DNA from: an uncultured Thermoleophilia bacterium
Lineage (GTDB): Bacteria; Actinomycetota; Thermoleophilia; UBA2241
Length of the DNA stretch: 64,000 nt
NCBI GenBank assembly: GCA_963696935.1
Contig: CAVOMB010000041.1
Span: 9,066 to 73,065, forward strand
Direction: 5' to 3'
Positions 62,052 to 64,000 of the stretch are shown here, piece after piece. The position numbers and the translations under genes are program-made. Numbering within the stretch: the first letter of the stretch is position 1; each line of letters starts with the position of its first letter. The notes beneath the pieces are model-generated. The model was given only the letters and a program-made list of their open reading frames with translations, searched no databases and had not been told where the DNA came from.

Positions 62052-62758
62052 GCGGCGCCTCCGGAGGCGGGCGGCGCGGCCGCGCGCGGCCGCGCGTCGG
62101 GGGCGCGGCCGTAGAGGGGCAGCACCGCGTCCGGGCCGCGGACGAGGCCGGGCGCGCCGCAGGCGACCGCCCGGCCGACCATGACAGCCGTCGGCGCGAC
62201 GACGCCGGCGGCCGGCAACGCCGAGCCCGGCAGCAGCTCGCCGTACAGCACCGCACCGTCGCCGCCCGTCACGACGTCCCCGCGGGCAGCGAGCCACCCG
62301 GCGAGGTCGTCGGCGCGGACCACGGAGACGTCCTCGACCTGGCGGAGGCCTGCGCCATCGCGGTCGAAGACGACCGCGAACACCTCGCGGCGGCGGCCGT
62401 CGATGAGCGGCACGAGCCGGCGGCCGACCGCCTCCGGAGCGTCCGCAAGCGCCAGCGCCAGCGCGGCCAGCGTGGGCACGCCGGCGAGGCCGGCTTTGCC
62501 GTCCGCCTGCGCCAGCGCCCGTGCCGTGGCGATGCCTATGCGCAGCCCGGTGAACGCGCCGGGGCCGAGGCCGACGGCGACGGTCTCGACGTCGTCCCAC
62601 CCGGCGCCGGCCTCCTCGAGGACCTCACGCACGAACGGCAGCAGCCGTTGCGAGTGCGCCGGGCCGTCCAGCGAGAGGCGCTCTGCGACGACGGAGCCGT
62701 CGGCGGCGCACAGCGCCGCCGAGCACGCCATCGTCGCCGTCTCCAGCGCGAGGATCAT
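62048..62758 (-). CDS. tsaB: tRNA threonylcarbamoyladenosine biosynthesis protein TsaB
   Basis: Start at ATG 62758 (MILALETATMACSAAL...GLGPGAFTGLRIG). Confidence 0.9.
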   Translation of the reverse strand: MILALETATMACSAALCAADGSVVAERLSLDGPAHSQRLLPFVREVLEEAGAGWDDVETVAVGLGPGAFTGLRIGIATARALAQADGKAGLAGVPTLAALALALADAPEAVGRRLVPLIDGRRREVFAVVFDRDGAGLRQVEDVSVVRADDLAGWLAARGDVVTGGDGAVLYGELLPGSALPAAGVVAPTAVMVGRAVACGAPGLVRGPDAVLPLYGRAPDARPRAAAPPASGGAA

Positions 62759-63270
62759 GCGCCCTCCCCCGCCGCGCTCCGGGCGCCGGCGGCCGCGCCG
62801 GCGATGCCTTGTTCGGCCGCGCCGGCCGTGACGGCGGCCTCGAGCCCAGCCGGGCCCGACAGGCGGGCGGCCCGGCTCCGCGACGTGCGATGCGCCAGCT
62901 CGATGCGCACGTCCGGGGCCGGGAGCGCTTCGCTGCCGGCCGCCGGCCACTCTACGAAGGTGATCGCGTCCGGCCCAAGGTAGTCGTCCCAAGCGAAGAG
63001 CTCCGCGTCCGCGCCGCGGCTCAGGCGGTACAGGTCGAGGTGGTGCAGTTGCTCTCCGTCGCGGCCGTGGTAGCTCTGCGCGAGCGTGAAGGAGGGGCTG
63101 GTGATGGCTCCGCGGACGCCGCGCGCGCGCAGGACCTCTCGCACCAGGGTCGTCTTGCCCGTGCCCAGGTCGCCCTCCACGGTCACGAGCAGAGGAGGGG
63201 TCAGGTACGCCGCCAGAACGCGGGCGAGCTTCCGCGTCTGGGCCGGTGAGGCGAGAGTGAGGACCACCAT
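62755..63270 (-). CDS. tsaE: tRNA threonylcarbamoyladenosine biosynthesis ATPase TsaE
   Basis: 171 aa. EGDLGTGKTTLVR...SPSFTL...HLDLYRL. Confidence 0.9.
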   Translation of the reverse strand: MVVLTLASPAQTRKLARVLAAYLTPPLLVTVEGDLGTGKTTLVREVLRARGVRGAITSPSFTLAQSYHGRDGEQLHHLDLYRLSRGADAELFAWDDYLGPDAITFVEWPAAGSEALPAPDVRIELAHRTSRSRAARLSGPAGLEAAVTAGAAEQGIAGAAAGARSAAGEGA

Positions 63271-64000
63271 CTAGAAGAGGCCGAGCTGCTCCGGTTCGGA
63301 CGGCAGCGCGGGTGGTGTGGCCGGGACGTCCGGCTTGGCGACCGTCTCCGTCTGTGGAGCCGGATCGGGCGTCACGAAAGGATCCTCTGCCGCGAGCATG
63401 GAGACGTCGGCTTGCGCAGCGTCGTCGTCGAAAGCGGGTGGCAGCTCGTCGACGTCCCACGGCGCCTCTTCGACGGGCGGCGCCTCTTCGACGGGCGGGG
63501 GAACGTCGTCGAACGCCGGTGGAACCTCGGACCTGGCAGCAGCCTCGCCGGGCTCCGGCGCGGCATCTTCGAGCGTGGGCGCGGCATCTTCGAGCGCGGG
63601 TGCCGCGGGCTGGGGCTGCGCCGCGGGGGCGACGTCCCGACGCAGACGCTCGGGCGGCGTCCAGGCCGGTCGCTCCGCGGCCGGCGGTGCGGCCGCCTCG
63701 TCGCCCGGCTGGGGCGCGGCCTGCGCCAGCAGCTGGGGCAGCCGGGCGAAGTCCACTTTGAGCGTGTCGAGCATGGACGGCGTGTACAGCGCGGCGGCGG
63801 GGTGGAAGATCGGGTACAGGTACAGCGGGTGTCCGCCGATGACCGTGGCCTTGGGCCGGCCGTGCACCCGGGTGATGCCCGTGGGGTCACCGCTCAGGAG
63901 CTTGGTGGAGAAGTTGCCGAGCGTGCAGATGACCTTGGGCCTGATGATCTCGACCTGCCGGAGGAGGTAGGGCCGGCAGGCCTCGATCTCCTCCGGACGC
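63271..64000 (-). CDS. family-4 uracil-DNA glycosylase (partial, N-terminus beyond right edge) with Pro/Ala/Glu-rich repetitive C-terminal tail
   Basis: My own translation of 63800..64000(-) is RPEEIEACRPYLLRQVEIIRPKVICTLGNFSTKLLSG...VHGRP...LYPIFHPAAALY, which carries UDG family 4 motifs. It is followed by a ~150-aa low-complexity tail ending at TAG 63271, directly abutting the tsaE ATG. Confidence 0.8.
   Translation of the reverse strand, partial: RPEEIEACRPYLLRQVEIIRPKVICTLGNFSTKLLSGDPTGITRVHGRPKATVIGGHPLYLYPIFHPAAALYTPSMLDTLKVDFARLPQLLAQAAPQPGDEAAAPPAAERPAWTPPERLRRDVAPAAQPQPAAPALEDAAPTLEDAAPEPGEAAARSEVPPAFDDVPPPVEEAPPVEEAPWDVDELPPAFDDDAAQADVSMLAAEDPFVTPDPAPQTETVAKPDVPATPPALPSEPEQLGLF
63461..63496. 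repeat. perfect 2 x 18 bp tandem repeat inside the UDG tail
   Basis: ggcgcctcttcgacgggc x2, encoding PPVEEA x2 on the minus strand. Confidence 0.9.
63560..63601. repeat. 2 x 21 bp near-perfect tandem repeat inside the UDG tail
   Basis: gcggcatcttcgagcgtgggc / gcggcatcttcgagcgcgggt, encoding the duplication (A)PTLEDAA / (A)PALEDAA. Confidence 0.85.

Overview
Visibly high-GC bacterial chromosomal window. About 60 genes are packed tightly, and nearly all are on the minus strand. Many stop/start pairs overlap as TGATG, ATGA or GTGA, which suggests long operons.

The backbone is core Gram-positive / Actinomycetota-style housekeeping:
- tsaE-tsaB-rimI-tsaD preceded by a family-4 UDG
- groES-groEL with a CIRCE operator
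- tilS-hpt-ftsH-folE-folP-folB-folK
- nadB-nadC-coaX-dus
- greA-lysS
- clpC-radA-carD-yacL-ispD-ispF
- one initiator tRNA-fMet

Anaerobe-type metabolism is embedded in this backbone: an FwdB/FwdD-like pair, a pyrogallol-transhydroxylase-like Mo enzyme pair next to tatA, and a tungsten-type aldehyde:ferredoxin oxidoreductase.

The most unusual part is a ~17 kb single-strand cluster (35.9-53.0 kb) flanked by a PucR regulator. It combines:
- a non-pyrrolysine MttB-family methyltransferase
- a pterin-binding methyl-THF methyltransferase
- three atypical amidases (D-aminoacylase, C45 and DmpA/S58)
- an Opp/Dpp-type ABC importer with two substrate-binding proteins that carry C-terminal membrane anchors
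- an aldehyde dehydrogenase and a PHP phosphatase

I saw no corrinoid protein in this cluster.

Several core genes carry lesions that I read directly in the DNA:
- lysS needs five frame changes in ~450 bp
- a YhhN-like remnant next to lysS is frameshifted and truncated
- yacL has a frameshift and no start codon
- ispF has no canonical start codon
- one binding-protein gene has an in-frame TAG

I found no CRISPR array, transposase, integrase or prophage gene. All family assignments come from motif recognition by eye, not from database searches.
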